The notes under the pieces were generated by a model. That model saw nothing but the letters and a program-made list of their open reading frames with translations. It ran no database searches and had not been told where the DNA came from. This document shows, one piece after another, positions 28,018-38,628 of a stretch of 64,000 nt of DNA. A program made the translations under genes and the position numbers. The number at the start of each line of letters is the position of its first letter. The stretch's first letter is position 1. Origin of the DNA: an uncultured Actinomycetes bacterium (GTDB lineage: Bacteria; Actinomycetota; Actinomycetes; UBA12327); NCBI GenBank assembly GCA_903920865.1, contig CAIXNN010000036.1:27165-91164 (forward strand), given 5' to 3'.

Positions 28018-28737
28018 GTGGGCGCTTCATCCAAGTCGTTCCTCTGTTTGATGGCCGTTGCAGCGCTGGGTCATGTTGGCCCGGCAGTAACGTCAATTGG
28101 CCCTTTGCGAAAAAAACTGTGGCCGCAACTGTGCGGTGTCGGCAATACGCACAGCATTGGTCTCACGTTTGATGATGGACCAGATCCGGCCTCAACGCCC
28201 TTGTTTCTCGCAGCGCTGTCTGAAATGGGCGTGAAAGCAACTTTCTTCGTCCTGGGTGAAATGCTGGACAAGGCACCTGAGCTTGGCCGGCAGATTGCGG
28301 CGGAAGGCCACGAGATTGGGATTCACGGGTGGACTCATCGCAACCACTTGCTGCTGAGCTACCCGCAAATCCGCGATGAGATTCGCCGCACGAAAGCCCG
28401 GATTCAAGACATCGCCGGCGTGACGCCGCGCTTTTATCGACCCCCGTACGGCGTGGTGACGGGCGGAGATTTGCTCGCCGTCAGGACACAAGACATGGAA
28501 CTTGTCTTGTGGACATCCTGGGGGAAGGACTGGCAGGCGCGAGCCACCGGAGAGTCTGTCATTGAGGAACTTAAGAAGGGCGGCGTGGTGGGTGGGGCAA
28601 CACTTTTGCTCCACGACAGTGACTGCACATCGGCTCCCGGCTCGTGGAGGTCGTCGTTGTCTGCCCTGTCCGAGTTGTCTAGTTATTGTGTGGAACAAAG
28701 GCTTGATCTAGTTCCACTTGCGGAACACATGAAGTGA
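28018..28737 (+). CDS. Polysaccharide deacetylase (NodB-homology)
   Basis: Signal peptide, then LTFDDGPDP, HGWTHR and RPPYG motifs of the carbohydrate esterase 4 family. Confidence 0.8.
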   Translation: MGASSKSFLCLMAVAALGHVGPAVTSIGPLRKKLWPQLCGVGNTHSIGLTFDDGPDPASTPLFLAALSEMGVKATFFVLGEMLDKAPELGRQIAAEGHEIGIHGWTHRNHLLLSYPQIRDEIRRTKARIQDIAGVTPRFYRPPYGVVTGGDLLAVRTQDMELVLWTSWGKDWQARATGESVIEELKKGGVVGGATLLLHDSDCTSAPGSWRSSLSALSELSSYCVEQRLDLVPLAEHMK

Positions 28738-28742
28738 ACCAG

Positions 28743-29138
28743 TTATTTTGAAGAGGTGTCATCCGTCCACGATGAGCCATCCCAAAACCGATTAATGGTC
28801 GAGTCACTGGGGTCTGCGTACCAACCGGCTGGTGTGGGGGAGTGTTGAGTTAGGGCAGCGGCGAGGCCCTGTAGATCCTTGCGCTGTTTGCGACGGAAGT
28901 GCAGTTGGATCCTGCGGCCATCGGTGGTGAACAAGTCAATGCGCCCATTGACCAGCATGAACATAAATGCGTTGGGTTGCTTAACTTTGACGTCAGCAAC
29001 TTGATTGCGCTCCAAAATCAAGGGCTGATCCCATGACTGACCTGCCAAGGCAATCTTTGACATCTTGTTGGTTCCAACGATGTTGATCGCATGTCCGTCA
29101 TAATCAATGGTCACCATGTACCCCGTGAAAGTTGTCAT
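28743..29138 (-). CDS. Bacterial PH-like N-terminal domain with DUF2510-like C-terminal motif
   Basis: 131 aa. The C-terminus GWYADPSDSTINRFWDGSSWTDD is the DUF2510 motif. The N-terminal ~95 aa are beta-rich (MVTIDYDGHAINIVG...NGRIDLFTTDGRRIQLHF), like bPH/DUF4429-type domains. Confidence 0.55.
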   Translation of the reverse strand: MTTFTGYMVTIDYDGHAINIVGTNKMSKIALAGQSWDQPLILERNQVADVKVKQPNAFMFMLVNGRIDLFTTDGRRIQLHFRRKQRKDLQGLAAALTQHSPTPAGWYADPSDSTINRFWDGSSWTDDTSSK

Positions 29139-29253
29139 AGACCCACGCTAACCCCGTGGGCAGACAGGTTCTGGGCGCCTTGCTCGGTAGGCTGAGGGCA
29201 TTCCCACAGGTAGGCGTGGGATTCACTGCTGGTTCAAGGCCTGGGAGAGCGCT

Positions 29254-31248
29254 GTGTCAACGCTGAGCGTCACGATCGATGGAGTGCCAAGCGAGTGTGC
29301 TGCTGGCGCGACCGGTCTGGATGTCTTTGCCGAGCGCCGTGAAGTAGTAGTCATGCGCATCGATGGCGAATTGCGCGACTTGCATTTGCCCATTGAAGCC
29401 GGTCAGGCCATTGAAGCGGTCACCATTGATTCACCCGATGGCCTGATGGTGATGCGCCATTCAACGGCTCACGTTTTGGCCCAAGCCGTTCAGCAGATCA
29501 ATCCGAGCGCGAAGCTAGGCATCGGACCGCCGATTGACAACGGTTTCTACTATGACTTTGACGTGGAAACGCCATTCACGCCCGATGACCTCAAGGCCAT
29601 TGAAAAGCGCATGGAACAGATCGTTAAACAGGGTCAACGCTTTGCTCGTCGAGTTGTGACCGATGAAGCGGCCCGTACTGAACTGGCTCACGAGCCGTAC
29701 AAATTAGAGTTGATCGGCCTTAAGGGTGGCGCGGACCTAGACGGCGATGTGATGGAAGTTGGCGGCGCGGAATTGACGATGTATGACAACGTCAATGCCA
29801 AGACCGGCGAGCGCGAATGGTTTGACCTGTGCCGCGGCCCGCACGTGCCCACCACGCGGTTGATCCCAGCCTTTAAGTTGATGCGTTCGGCGGCGGCGTA
29901 TTGGCGCGGGAGCGAAAAGAATCCGCAGCTGCAGCGAATCTATGGCACCGCGTGGGCTAGCCGCGATGACCTCAAGGCGCACCTGACCTTTTTGGAAGAG
30001 GCGGAAAAGCGCGACCACCGTCGCCTAGGCACCGAGCTTGACCTGTTTTCCTTCCCTGACGAAATCGGTTCAGGCTTGGCGGTGTTCCACCCCAAGGGCG
30101 GAATCATCCGTCGCGTCATGGAGGACTACTCGCGCAAGCAACACGAAGCCGCGAACTATGAGTTTGTGTACAGCCCGCACTTGACCAAGTCGATCTTGTT
30201 TGAAAAATCAGGTCACTTGGACTGGTACTCCGAAGGCATGTACCCACCGATGGACTTGGACACCGAGTACGACGCCGATGGTCAGGTCAAACGCCAGGGC
30301 GCTCAGTACTACATGAAGCCCATGAACTGTCCGTTCCACAACTTGATCTATAGCGCGCGCGGACGCTCCTATCGCGAACTGCCGTTACGCTTGTTTGAAT
30401 TCGGAACGGTGTATCGCTACGAGAAGTCCGGTGTGGTCCATGGCTTGACCCGCGCCCGCGGATTTACCCAGGACGATGCGCACATCTATTGCACGCGCGA
30501 ACAGATGGCCGAAGAACTTGATCGCTTGTTGACCTTCGTGCTGGACCTGTTGCGCGACTACGGGCTCGATGACTTCTACCTTGAGTTGTCCACCCGCGAT
30601 CCGAACAAGTCCATCGGCAGCGATGAGGTGTGGGAGGAAGCCACTGAGGTTTTGCGCTCGGTAGCGCAGAATCAGGGACTGGAATTGGTCATGGACCCTG
30701 AAGGCGCTGCCTTCTACGGCCCGAAGATTTCCGTCCAAACGCGCGACGCCATTGGCCGCTCATGGCAAATGTCCACCATTCAGGTTGACTTCAACTTGCC
30801 CGAGCGCTTTGACCTTGAATACCAAGCATCTGATGGCTCTCGCCAACGACCGGTGATGATTCACCGCGCGCTCTTTGGTTCCATTGAGCGCTTCTTTGCG
30901 GTTTTGCTTGAACACTATGCCGGGGCTTTCCCTCCGTGGTTAGCTCCCGTTCAAGTTGTCGGGATCCCGATTGCCGACGAACACGTTCCGTACTTGGAAG
31001 GCGTAGCTGAAAAACTTCGCGCGGCCGGCATTCGCGTTGAGGTGGATGCATCAAGCGAGCGGATGCAAAAGAAAATTCGCAATGCGCAAAAACAAAAAGT
31101 CCCTTACATGCTTATCGCCGGTGATGAAGATGCGGCTGCGGGCGCAGTCTCATTCCGTTTTCGTGATGGAACCCAAGACAATGGCGTTGTCGTCGATGAA
31201 GCAATCGCGCGCGTAGTCGATGCGGTTAACCGACGCATCCAGGTGTGA
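29254..31248 (+). CDS. thrS: Threonine--tRNA ligase
   Basis: 664 aa. TGS N-terminus, second additional domain, class II core ([11 protein letters not shown], motif 2/3) and the anticodon-binding C-terminus. Confidence 0.95.
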   Translation: MSTLSVTIDGVPSECAAGATGLDVFAERREVVVMRIDGELRDLHLPIEAGQAIEAVTIDSPDGLMVMRHSTAHVLAQAVQQINPSAKLGIGPPIDNGFYYDFDVETPFTPDDLKAIEKRMEQIVKQGQRFARRVVTDEAARTELAHEPYKLELIGLKGGADLDGDVMEVGGAELTMYDNVNAKTGEREWFDLCRGPHVPTTRLIPAFKLMRSAAAYWRGSEKNPQLQRIYGTAWASRDDLKAHLTFLEEAEKRDHRRLGTELDLFSFPDEIGSGLAVFHPKGGIIRRVMEDYSRKQHEAANYEFVYSPHLTKSILFEKSGHLDWYSEGMYPPMDLDTEYDADGQVKRQGAQYYMKPMNCPFHNLIYSARGRSYRELPLRLFEFGTVYRYEKSGVVHGLTRARGFTQDDAHIYCTREQMAEELDRLLTFVLDLLRDYGLDDFYLELSTRDPNKSIGSDEVWEEATEVLRSVAQNQGLELVMDPEGAAFYGPKISVQTRDAIGRSWQMSTIQVDFNLPERFDLEYQASDGSRQRPVMIHRALFGSIERFFAVLLEHYAGAFPPWLAPVQVVGIPIADEHVPYLEGVAEKLRAAGIRVEVDASSERMQKKIRNAQKQKVPYMLIAGDEDAAAGAVSFRFRDGTQDNGVVVDEAIARVVDAVNRRIQV

Positions 31249-31775
31249 TGATGAGTTACACGGATGCCTTTGATCGCCTCTGGACGCCACATCGAATGGC
31301 GTACATCAAGGGTGAAAACAAGCCGAGCACAGCCGATGCTGGTGATCACTGTCCCTTTTGCAGTTCACCGCACGACCCCGCTGAGGAATCACTGGTCATA
31401 GCAACCGGACAGCACGTTTATGCGGTTCTCAATCGCTACCCCTACAACGCCGGTCACCTTTTGATCTGCCCCTTTGAGCACCTGGCTGATTACATTGACT
31501 TGCCAACGGGAGCATTAGCTGAGTTCACCGAGTTCACGGTTACTGCGATCAATGTTCTTAAGGAAGTCTCACGTCCTGCTGGCTTCAATATCGGGATGAA
31601 TCAGGGCGGTGCTGCAGGTGCCGGAATTGCCGCACACCTGCACCAACATGTGGTGCCTCGCTGGGGCGGGGATACAAATTTCATGCCCGTGGTTGCCGGG
31701 ACCCGCATATTGCCCGAGTTATTAGTACAAACCCGTGAGCTTTTGTCGCAGGCCTGGAGTCAGCATGCTGGCTAA
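31245..31775 (+). CDS. HIT-family protein (histidine triad)
   Basis: [10 protein letters not shown] is the HxHxHxx triad. 4-nt overlap with thrS, as in the mycobacterial thrS-HIT-pgsA operon. Confidence 0.85.
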   Translation: MMMSYTDAFDRLWTPHRMAYIKGENKPSTADAGDHCPFCSSPHDPAEESLVIATGQHVYAVLNRYPYNAGHLLICPFEHLADYIDLPTGALAEFTEFTVTAINVLKEVSRPAGFNIGMNQGGAAGAGIAAHLHQHVVPRWGGDTNFMPVVAGTRILPELLVQTRELLSQAWSQHAG

Positions 31776-31807
31776 CATCGTTGCTGTAAACCATCAAGGG
31801 TCGGGAG

Positions 31808-32437
31808 GTGGAGCCAGTGAGTCAGCCAGCTGAACTCGAGCGGAAAGCAAAAGCTAAGGACCTTGCTTCACGTGCCATTGATCCGATCGCGCGGGGCCTG
31901 CTAAAGCTTCATGTCTCTGCTGACGCGGTAACAATCACTGGAACCCTGGGAGCGGTGGTTGCCGCTTTGTGGTGCTTTCCAACCGGCCACCTTGTTGCGG
32001 GAGCAATCATCGTCTCACTCTTCGCTTTCAGTGACATGATTGATGGCTCCATGGCCCGGCAAGCTGGGAAGGTTTCGGAGTGGGGAGCCTTTCTCGATTC
32101 GCTCCTTGATCGCGTAACCGATGCGGCTATTTTTGCCGGCTTGACGATTTGGTTTTTGGGAAATGGCAATGAGCCAATTCTTGGATACGCATCGCTTTAT
32201 TGCTTAGCCGCCGGCCAAGTCATTAGTTATGCGCGCGCCCGAGCTGAAGGTTTGGGTCTGAAAGCTTCAGGTGGCATTGCCGAGCGAACCGAGCGCCTTG
32301 TTCTTGTCCTGACAGTGACCGTGTTCTCAGGTCTTGGGGTTCCTTTTGTCCAGGCCATTGGTTTGTGGGTCTTGGTTGCGGCCATCACCGCTACCGTCAT
32401 TCAACGCATGATCATGGTTCGTCGGCAGGTTTCCTAA
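31808..32437 (+). CDS. pgsA: CDP-alcohol phosphatidyltransferase (phosphatidylinositol phosphate synthase-like)
   Basis: The DMIDGSMARQAGKVSEWGAFLDSLLDRVTD motif is D-x2-DG-x2-AR...G-x3-D-x3-D. Positioned between HIT and the acyltransferase. Confidence 0.8.
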   Translation: MEPVSQPAELERKAKAKDLASRAIDPIARGLLKLHVSADAVTITGTLGAVVAALWCFPTGHLVAGAIIVSLFAFSDMIDGSMARQAGKVSEWGAFLDSLLDRVTDAAIFAGLTIWFLGNGNEPILGYASLYCLAAGQVISYARARAEGLGLKASGGIAERTERLVLVLTVTVFSGLGVPFVQAIGLWVLVAAITATVIQRMIMVRRQVS

Positions 32438-33343
32438 GTGGGCAATGTGCGCGATCGCGCCGTGGATCTGGCGTATGCAGCTGGCTGGAGTGTGGCCGGA
32501 GCGGTTCCGGAGCGCCTGGTTCGTAAGTCATTTTCGGTGCTTGCTGATCAAACCTGGGCACGCGATGGGGATGGCGTACGACGACTCAGTTCGAATCTGG
32601 CACGCGTGGTTGACCCGAACACCTCTCCTGCTGAGCTTGCCGAGCTAACTCGCCTATCGATGCAGTCCTATATGAGGTACTGGCGCGAAACGTTTTCATT
32701 GGCGCAATGGAGTCGCGAAGAGGTCCTTTCTCGCATTCATGTTGTCAATCCAGAGGTGGTTCAAACTCTCGTTGATGATGACCGTGGCTTGGTGATTGCT
32801 CTATCTCACAGTGGCAACTGGGATTTAGGTGGTGCGTGGCTCGGCATTGCCCATGGCGCCTTCACAACCGTTGCTGAACGCCTCAAGCCAGAAGCACTCT
32901 TTGAGAGATTCAAAGCCCATCGTGAGTCTTTGGGGATGGAAATCTTGGCTGCTGATGGTGGGCCGAGAGTTTTAGCCACCATGAAAACTCGACTGCGTGA
33001 AGGTGGCATTGTGTGCTTGCTTGCCGATCGTGATCTGAGTGGAAATGGAATCCCAGTCAATTTCTTCGGCGCCCCGGCCCACTTTCCGGCCGGTCCTGCT
33101 GCGCTGGCCACAAGCACCGGCGCTGCTTTGCTTACCGTGCGGTTTTATTACAAGGGCGAGCAGATGGCCATTGAGTTTGATGAACCATTGCGTGAAGTAT
33201 TGCCGGCGACAGCTCCTAGGCATGATCGAATTCAGGTGTTGACTCAGCAGATGGCCGATGCCTTCCAAGCAAATATCAGTGCCCATCCCACGGACTGGCA
33301 CATGATGCAGCCGTTCTGGGATGAGGATCGGGGATTGTTGTGA
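32438..33343 (+). CDS. Lipid A biosynthesis-type (LpxL/HtrB family) acyltransferase, PIM acyltransferase-like
   Basis: 301 aa. HSGNWDLGG is an HX4D-like acyltransferase motif variant. Location matches the Rv2611c-type gene. Confidence 0.75.
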   Translation: MGNVRDRAVDLAYAAGWSVAGAVPERLVRKSFSVLADQTWARDGDGVRRLSSNLARVVDPNTSPAELAELTRLSMQSYMRYWRETFSLAQWSREEVLSRIHVVNPEVVQTLVDDDRGLVIALSHSGNWDLGGAWLGIAHGAFTTVAERLKPEALFERFKAHRESLGMEILAADGGPRVLATMKTRLREGGIVCLLADRDLSGNGIPVNFFGAPAHFPAGPAALATSTGAALLTVRFYYKGEQMAIEFDEPLREVLPATAPRHDRIQVLTQQMADAFQANISAHPTDWHMMQPFWDEDRGLL

Positions 33344-34584
33344 GCGAATCTGAGTTGATCAGTGCGGAGGGGACCGATTCCAGCGGCCCATCGCCCACGC
33401 ACCAATTTCGACGAATCGGGATCGTGTGCCCATATTCCTGGGATGCGCCCGGTGGGGTGCAGACTCATGTTCGCGACTTAGCCCATGCCCTGATCGCCAA
33501 GGGGTACGAAGTTTCGGTGCTGGCTCCTGGTGATGATGAACCAGATGAGGATTTTGTGGTCTCGGCCGGACGAGCAATTCCCATTCGCTACAACGGTTCG
33601 GTCGCCCGCTTGATTTTCGGGCCACTGTCCACGCAGCGAGTGCGCAGGTGGATTGATGAAGGTCACTTTGACATCTTGCACGTGCACGAACCGGCCGCAC
33701 CAAGTTTGTCACTAGTTGCAACGTGGGCGGCCGAAGGTGCAATCGTTGGCACGTTCCACACCTCAAATGAAAACTCACGAATGATGTCCGGCACCGCGAG
33801 AATCTTGCGATCAGCCCTAGAGAAACTCAATGGGCGCATTTCGGTCAGCGAGTATGCGCGTGAAACCTTGCGCGAGCACATCGGATTTGATTCAGTCATC
33901 GTTCCCAATGGAGTTGATGTTGCGTTTTATGCCGACGCTGAGCCGATGACTTCCACTCCTGTTGACGCTGAAGTGGTCACCTTCTTGGGCCGGGTTGATG
34001 AACCACGTAAAGGTTTTCAGGTATTTGCTCAAGCGATGCAGGCCATTGCGCGAGAGCGGACCGAGGCGGTGTTTTACGTTGCCGGGCCAGGTGATGTGGA
34101 TTCTGCCCTGAAGTTAGTCCCGCGCTCACTCCATGGGCGCATCCATTTCATGGGTCGAATATCTGATGGGCAAAAGGCTGCTCTGCTTCGTCGAAGCAAC
34201 GTATTTGTTGCCCCCAACACCGGCGGAGAGAGTTTCGGAATTATTTTGCTTGAGGCCATGGCCGCCGGTGCGTGCGTGGTGGCAAGCGACCTTGAAGCCT
34301 TCGTCAAGGTGCTGGGAGACGATGGCGCTGGGCGCCTTTTCCCCAATGAGGACTATGAAGCATTAGCACGTGAAGTCATTGAATTATTGACGGACAAGGC
34401 TGTCCGAGAGCGCATTGCTCATCACGGTCGCGATCGGGCGTATTCCTACGATTGGAATGCGGTGGTCAATGAAGTCATAGAAATTTATGACACGGTTTAT
34501 GTGCCCGGTGAGGTTGTTCGTGAAGATGTAGGTGCAACCGCACTTGGTCGCGCAAAACTTTGGGGCAGGGGTGATTCATCGTGA
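33340..34584 (+). CDS. pimA: GT4-family phosphatidylinositol alpha-mannosyltransferase
   Basis: 414 aa. N-terminal GIVCPYSWDAPGGVQTHVRDLA and the C-terminal GT-B nucleotide-sugar domain (ESFGIILLEAMAAG). Confidence 0.8.
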   Translation: MSESELISAEGTDSSGPSPTHQFRRIGIVCPYSWDAPGGVQTHVRDLAHALIAKGYEVSVLAPGDDEPDEDFVVSAGRAIPIRYNGSVARLIFGPLSTQRVRRWIDEGHFDILHVHEPAAPSLSLVATWAAEGAIVGTFHTSNENSRMMSGTARILRSALEKLNGRISVSEYARETLREHIGFDSVIVPNGVDVAFYADAEPMTSTPVDAEVVTFLGRVDEPRKGFQVFAQAMQAIARERTEAVFYVAGPGDVDSALKLVPRSLHGRIHFMGRISDGQKAALLRRSNVFVAPNTGGESFGIILLEAMAAGACVVASDLEAFVKVLGDDGAGRLFPNEDYEALAREVIELLTDKAVRERIAHHGRDRAYSYDWNAVVNEVIEIYDTVYVPGEVVREDVGATALGRAKLWGRGDSS

Positions 34585-35165
34585 ACTGGTCTACCTGGGC
34601 ATTACTTGCCGCGGTAATCATTGGTGTGTATTTGAGTCAGCTGGCCGGGCGCCTTGACCGTTTACACATCAGAGTTGATCGCGCCGAAGCAGCACTTCGC
34701 GCGCAACTCTTGCGCCGAGCGAGCGAAGCCATCGAGCTGGCAGCCATGGACGGGCCCCTTGATCCAGCTGCTCGTATAACCATCGATGGCTTTGCTCATG
34801 CAGCCCGAGATTTTGGCGAAACAGATCTGGAGAAGGATCACCGAGCTCAGCGACTCGAGCAAGCTGGACGAAACGAAGCTGAAGGTGAATTGACACAAGC
34901 CCTGCAGGCGGCTTTGCCCGATGAGCAAAGTGTCATGGAGTATGCGGCCATAGGCGGGGGTTCCGAGTTGATGGAAGAGCTCGATTCGACCACTCGCAGA
35001 GTTGAACTAGCCAAGGGCTTTCATGCCGACGCGGTTGCCCAGTGCCAAAAGATGAGGCGACGAGCAATCGTGCGGTTCCTGCACCTACAAGGACGCGCCC
35101 CGTGGCCGGAGTTTATTGACATTAACCTGGCTCAACCGACTGGTTTCGCGCATCGTTCGCGTTAA
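34581..35165 (+). CDS. Hypothetical membrane-anchored protein (LemA-like, tentative)
   Basis: N-terminal TM helix, then a helical region whose spacing (LxxLxxRLDR...RAQLLRRA...EAEGELTQAL) resembles the LemA family. 4-nt overlap with pimA. Confidence 0.4.
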   Translation: MNWSTWALLAAVIIGVYLSQLAGRLDRLHIRVDRAEAALRAQLLRRASEAIELAAMDGPLDPAARITIDGFAHAARDFGETDLEKDHRAQRLEQAGRNEAEGELTQALQAALPDEQSVMEYAAIGGGSELMEELDSTTRRVELAKGFHADAVAQCQKMRRRAIVRFLHLQGRAPWPEFIDINLAQPTGFAHRSR

Positions 35166-35244
35166 GGCTCCAACGTCAGACTCCTGAATTTGCCGATTGC
35201 GCCATCGCCTACGATGGACACCTAGGGCCATCAACTGTTGAGGT

Positions 35245-36147
35245 TTGAACGTGACTGAGAATCAAGGAACCACCGGCACCAGCGCCGTCAAGCGCGGTAT
35301 GGCAGACATGCTCAAGGGTGGCGTCATCATGGACGTTATTGACGCGCAGCAAGCGCGCATTGCCCAAGATGCTGGTGCGGTAGCAGTCATGGCCCTTGAG
35401 CGCGTTCCGGCCGACATTCGTCGCGACGGGGGCGTAGCTCGGATGTCTGATCCAGACATGATCGAGTCCATCATCGAAGCAGTGTCCATCCCGGTGATGG
35501 CAAAGGCGCGAATTGGTCACTTTGTTGAGGCCCAAGTCCTTCAATCACTTGGCGTGGACTACATCGACGAATCGGAAGTGCTCACGCCGGCAGATGAGGT
35601 CAATCACATCAATAAGTGGAACTTCACAGTTCCCTTTGTTTGCGGAGCCACCGACCTAGGTGAAGCCCTTCGGCGCATCGGTGAAGGTGCGGCCATGATT
35701 CGTTCAAAGGGTGAGGCCGGCACAGGAAATGTCGTTGAGGCCACGCGTCATATGCGCCAAATTCTTAACGACATCCGCCGACTAAGCACTTTGGATGAGG
35801 ACGAACTTTTTGTTGCAGCCAAGGAACTTCGCGCACCAGTTGGATTGGTTCAAGAAGTGGCCGAGAAGGCAGCCTTGCCCGTGGTGCTCTTTACTGCAGG
35901 AGGAATTGCCACCCCAGCCGACGCGGCCATGATGATGCAACTGGGAGCTCAGGGAGTTTTCGTGGGCTCGGGAATCTTCAAGTCGGGGGACCCGGTAAAG
36001 CGCGCCGAAGCAATCGTTAAGGCAACCACTTTTTACAACGACCCTGACGTTATCGCGAAGGTCTCTCGCGGCTTGGGTGAGGCGATGGTGGGAATCAACA
36101 TTTCGACCTTGCCCACGGACCAGCGTTTCGCCGACCGCGGCTGGTGA
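35245..36147 (+). CDS. pdxS: Pyridoxal 5'-phosphate synthase lyase subunit
   Basis: [43 protein letters not shown] is near-identical to PdxS/SNZ family proteins. Confidence 0.95.
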   Translation: MNVTENQGTTGTSAVKRGMADMLKGGVIMDVIDAQQARIAQDAGAVAVMALERVPADIRRDGGVARMSDPDMIESIIEAVSIPVMAKARIGHFVEAQVLQSLGVDYIDESEVLTPADEVNHINKWNFTVPFVCGATDLGEALRRIGEGAAMIRSKGEAGTGNVVEATRHMRQILNDIRRLSTLDEDELFVAAKELRAPVGLVQEVAEKAALPVVLFTAGGIATPADAAMMMQLGAQGVFVGSGIFKSGDPVKRAEAIVKATTFYNDPDVIAKVSRGLGEAMVGINISTLPTDQRFADRGW

Positions 36148-36746
36148 GTCCGGTCATTGGAGTTCTCGCACTCCAAGGTGATGTAGCAGAACACATTCGC
36201 GCGGTAGCAAGTCTTGGCGAAAGTGTTCGCGAAGTACGCACCCCCGAAGAACTTGACTCGGTTGACGCATTGATATTGCCCGGTGGTGAATCCACCACCA
36301 TTGCTCGGTTGGCGACAACCTTTTTACTCGCGGATCCAATTCGTGAGCGGATCGCCAACAACATGCCGTGCTTTGGATCCTGTGCTGGGATGATTTTGCT
36401 GGCTGATCGCATTCTTGATGGCGAAGCAGATCAAGAAACCTTTGGCGGGATGGACATCACCGTTCGTCGCAATGCCTTTGGTCGCCAAGTTGATTCATTT
36501 GAAACTCAAGTGGCAGTTGAGGGCATTGCGGGGGAGAAGGTGCATGCAGTCTTCATCCGTGCCCCCTGGATTGAGGCCATTGGACCCAAGGTTGAAGTCC
36601 TCGCCACGGTCTCAGATGGGCCGGCCGAGGGTAGGATTGTGGCTGCATCGCAAGGCGCGTTGATGGTGTGTAGCTTCCATCCAGAGCTGACCACCGATAC
36701 GAGACTTCATGAACTTTTTGTACGCAGGGTGAAGGGGCAGTCATGA
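36144..36746 (+). CDS. pdxT: Pyridoxal 5'-phosphate synthase glutaminase subunit
   Basis: [10 protein letters not shown]...[10 protein letters not shown]...[10 protein letters not shown]...HPE is a class I glutamine amidotransferase triad context. 4-nt overlap with pdxS. Confidence 0.9.
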   Translation: MSPVIGVLALQGDVAEHIRAVASLGESVREVRTPEELDSVDALILPGGESTTIARLATTFLLADPIRERIANNMPCFGSCAGMILLADRILDGEADQETFGGMDITVRRNAFGRQVDSFETQVAVEGIAGEKVHAVFIRAPWIEAIGPKVEVLATVSDGPAEGRIVAASQGALMVCSFHPELTTDTRLHELFVRRVKGQS

Positions 36747-37495
36747 GTGGCCATTCCAAATGGGCGACAACCAAACACAAGAAGGCAGTTGTCGATGCCA
36801 AGCGCAGCAAGCTATTCGCGAAGTTAATTAAGAACATTGAGGTTGCGGTTCGCGTGGGTGGTCCAGACATCAATGGCAACCCGACCTTGTATGACGCGGT
36901 TCAAAAGGCCAAGAAGAATTCGGTTCCTAACGACAACATTGATCGAGCACTCAAGCGTGGATCCGGCGTTGAGGCAGGTGGTGCTGAATGGCAAACCATC
37001 ATGTATGAGGGATACGGACCCAACGGTGTTGCTGTTCTCATCGAGTGCCTTACCGATAATCGCAATCGTGCGGCCTCCGATGTTCGGGTCGCCATGACTC
37101 GTAACGGTGGATCGATGGCCGACCCTGGCTCGGTGTCCTACTTGTTCAATCGCAAGGGCGTGGTCATCGTTCCCAAAGAATCGCTAAGCGAAGACGACAT
37201 TTTGCTGGCTGTCCTTGACGCCGGCGCGGAGGAAGTCGTTGACCTTGGCGATCAGTATGAAGTCATTTCAGAGGCAAGCGATCTGGTGGCGGTGCGTACC
37301 GCGCTAGTCAATGCCGGCATTGACTACGACTCGGCAGATCCCACCTTCCTGCCCTCGGTGAGCATCGAGCTGGATGAGGACGGTGCTAGGCAGATCTTCC
37401 GCCTGATTGATGCCCTTGAGGACAGCGACGATGTCCAGAACGTTTGGGCCAATTTTGACGTGTCGGATGAGGTACTTGAGGCCGCGGCAGGCTAA
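36743..37495 (+). CDS. yebC: YebC/PmpR-family transcriptional regulator
   Basis: [40 protein letters not shown] is the highly conserved YebC N-terminus. Confidence 0.9.
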   Translation: MSGHSKWATTKHKKAVVDAKRSKLFAKLIKNIEVAVRVGGPDINGNPTLYDAVQKAKKNSVPNDNIDRALKRGSGVEAGGAEWQTIMYEGYGPNGVAVLIECLTDNRNRAASDVRVAMTRNGGSMADPGSVSYLFNRKGVVIVPKESLSEDDILLAVLDAGAEEVVDLGDQYEVISEASDLVAVRTALVNAGIDYDSADPTFLPSVSIELDEDGARQIFRLIDALEDSDDVQNVWANFDVSDEVLEAAAG

Positions 37496-37504
37496 CGTTC
37501 ATCC

Positions 37505-37516
37505 GAACACCTGTTC
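37505..37516. promoter_or_regulatory. Cheo-type SOS box GAAC-N4-GTTC upstream of ruvC (extended TCCGAACACCTGTTCGGA, 37502-37519)
   Basis: Matches the Gram-positive/actinobacterial LexA box TCGAAC-N4-GTTCGA at 10-11 of 12 defined positions. It lies 16 nt upstream of the ruvC GTG start. Confidence 0.5.
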
Positions 37517-37534
37517 GGATCGAAAGGGCTTATC

Positions 37535-38047
37535 GTGCGTGTTCTAGGCGTAGATCCAGGTTTGACCCGCTGTGGAGTCGGCGTGGTTCAGGCACGCCCA
37601 GACCGGTCCTTGGCTCTGGTGGACGTGGGGGTCATCACCACTAGTGCGTCCATGGCCTTGGAGCAACGCTTGCTCGTGGTTGCCGATGAGTTGCACCTTT
37701 GGATTGAGAAATATCAACCCGATGCCATTGCTGTGGAACGAGTTTTTAGTCAGCACAATGTCAGCACCGTGATGGGCACCGCTCAAGCTGGTGCGGTGGC
37801 ACTGTTGGCTGCGGCTCGGGCCGGAATCCCCGTTGCGCTACACACGCCCAGTGAGGTCAAAGCCGCAGTGTCGGGATCTGGTCGAGCAAACAAGGCTCAA
37901 GTCGGTGCCATGGTGGCGCGATTGCTTCGACTTGATGCACCGCCGAGTCCAGCTGATGCAGCCGATGCGCTGGCGCTAGCTATTTGTCATCTCTGGCGAA
38001 GTCCGGCTCAGGAAAGACTTCAAGCTGCAGTCAGGGCCACCAAATGA
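37535..38047 (+). CDS. ruvC: Crossover junction endodeoxyribonuclease RuvC
   Basis: [18 protein letters not shown] with the catalytic Asp. 170 aa. GTG start. Confidence 0.9.
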   Translation: MRVLGVDPGLTRCGVGVVQARPDRSLALVDVGVITTSASMALEQRLLVVADELHLWIEKYQPDAIAVERVFSQHNVSTVMGTAQAGAVALLAAARAGIPVALHTPSEVKAAVSGSGRANKAQVGAMVARLLRLDAPPSPADAADALALAICHLWRSPAQERLQAAVRATK

Positions 38048-38628
38048 TCGCAACCGTTTCCGGCATCGTTGCTGATGTTCGCCTTGACTGCGTGGTCGTT
38101 GAAGTCGGCGGAGTGGGTCTGGTGGTGAACACGGCCCCCAATACCTTGGCGGAGCTTCGGGTAGGAACCCCAGCGTGTTTACACACCACCCTTGTAGTGC
38201 GTGAGGAATCCCTTACGCTGTATGGCTTTTCCTCATCTGATGAGCGGCGCACGTTTGAGATTTTGCAGACTGCAAGCGGGGTCGGTCCCAGATTAGCGTT
38301 GGCGATGCTGGCGGTGTATTCCCCTGATCAACTACGCCATGCCATTGGTGGCGCCGATCACGCAATGTTGACAGCAGTTCCTGGAATTGGCAAAAAGGGC
38401 GCAGAAAAAATTGTGCTCGAGCTGCGGGATCGACTCGGTCCAGCACTGAGTCCGGTAGGCGGCAAGCCAAGCACTGCTCACCCGGATGAGGACCAAGTCA
38501 TTGAAGCCCTTGTTGGTTTGGGTTGGAACAACAAGGACGCCCGCAGTGCGGTGGAGTCAGCTAAGCGATCCGGCGAGCAATCTGTACCAGAACTCTTGCG
38601 CGCCGCTTTACAGGAGTTGAAGCGCTAA
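38044..38628 (+). CDS. ruvA: Holliday junction DNA helicase subunit RuvA
   Basis: ATG 38044 overlaps the ruvC stop (ATGA). [26 protein letters not shown] is the canonical RuvA OB start. HhH motifs ([13 protein letters not shown]) are present. Confidence 0.9.
   Translation: MIATVSGIVADVRLDCVVVEVGGVGLVVNTAPNTLAELRVGTPACLHTTLVVREESLTLYGFSSSDERRTFEILQTASGVGPRLALAMLAVYSPDQLRHAIGGADHAMLTAVPGIGKKGAEKIVLELRDRLGPALSPVGGKPSTAHPDEDQVIEALVGLGWNNKDARSAVESAKRSGEQSVPELLRAALQELKR

Noticed and set aside
29139-29253. Possible T-box or leader upstream of thrS
   Set aside because: I looked for the T-box consensus (AATTAGGGTGGNACCGCG-like) and a specifier-loop architecture and did not find them. Only a short inverted repeat (CCCACG...CGTGGG) is present.
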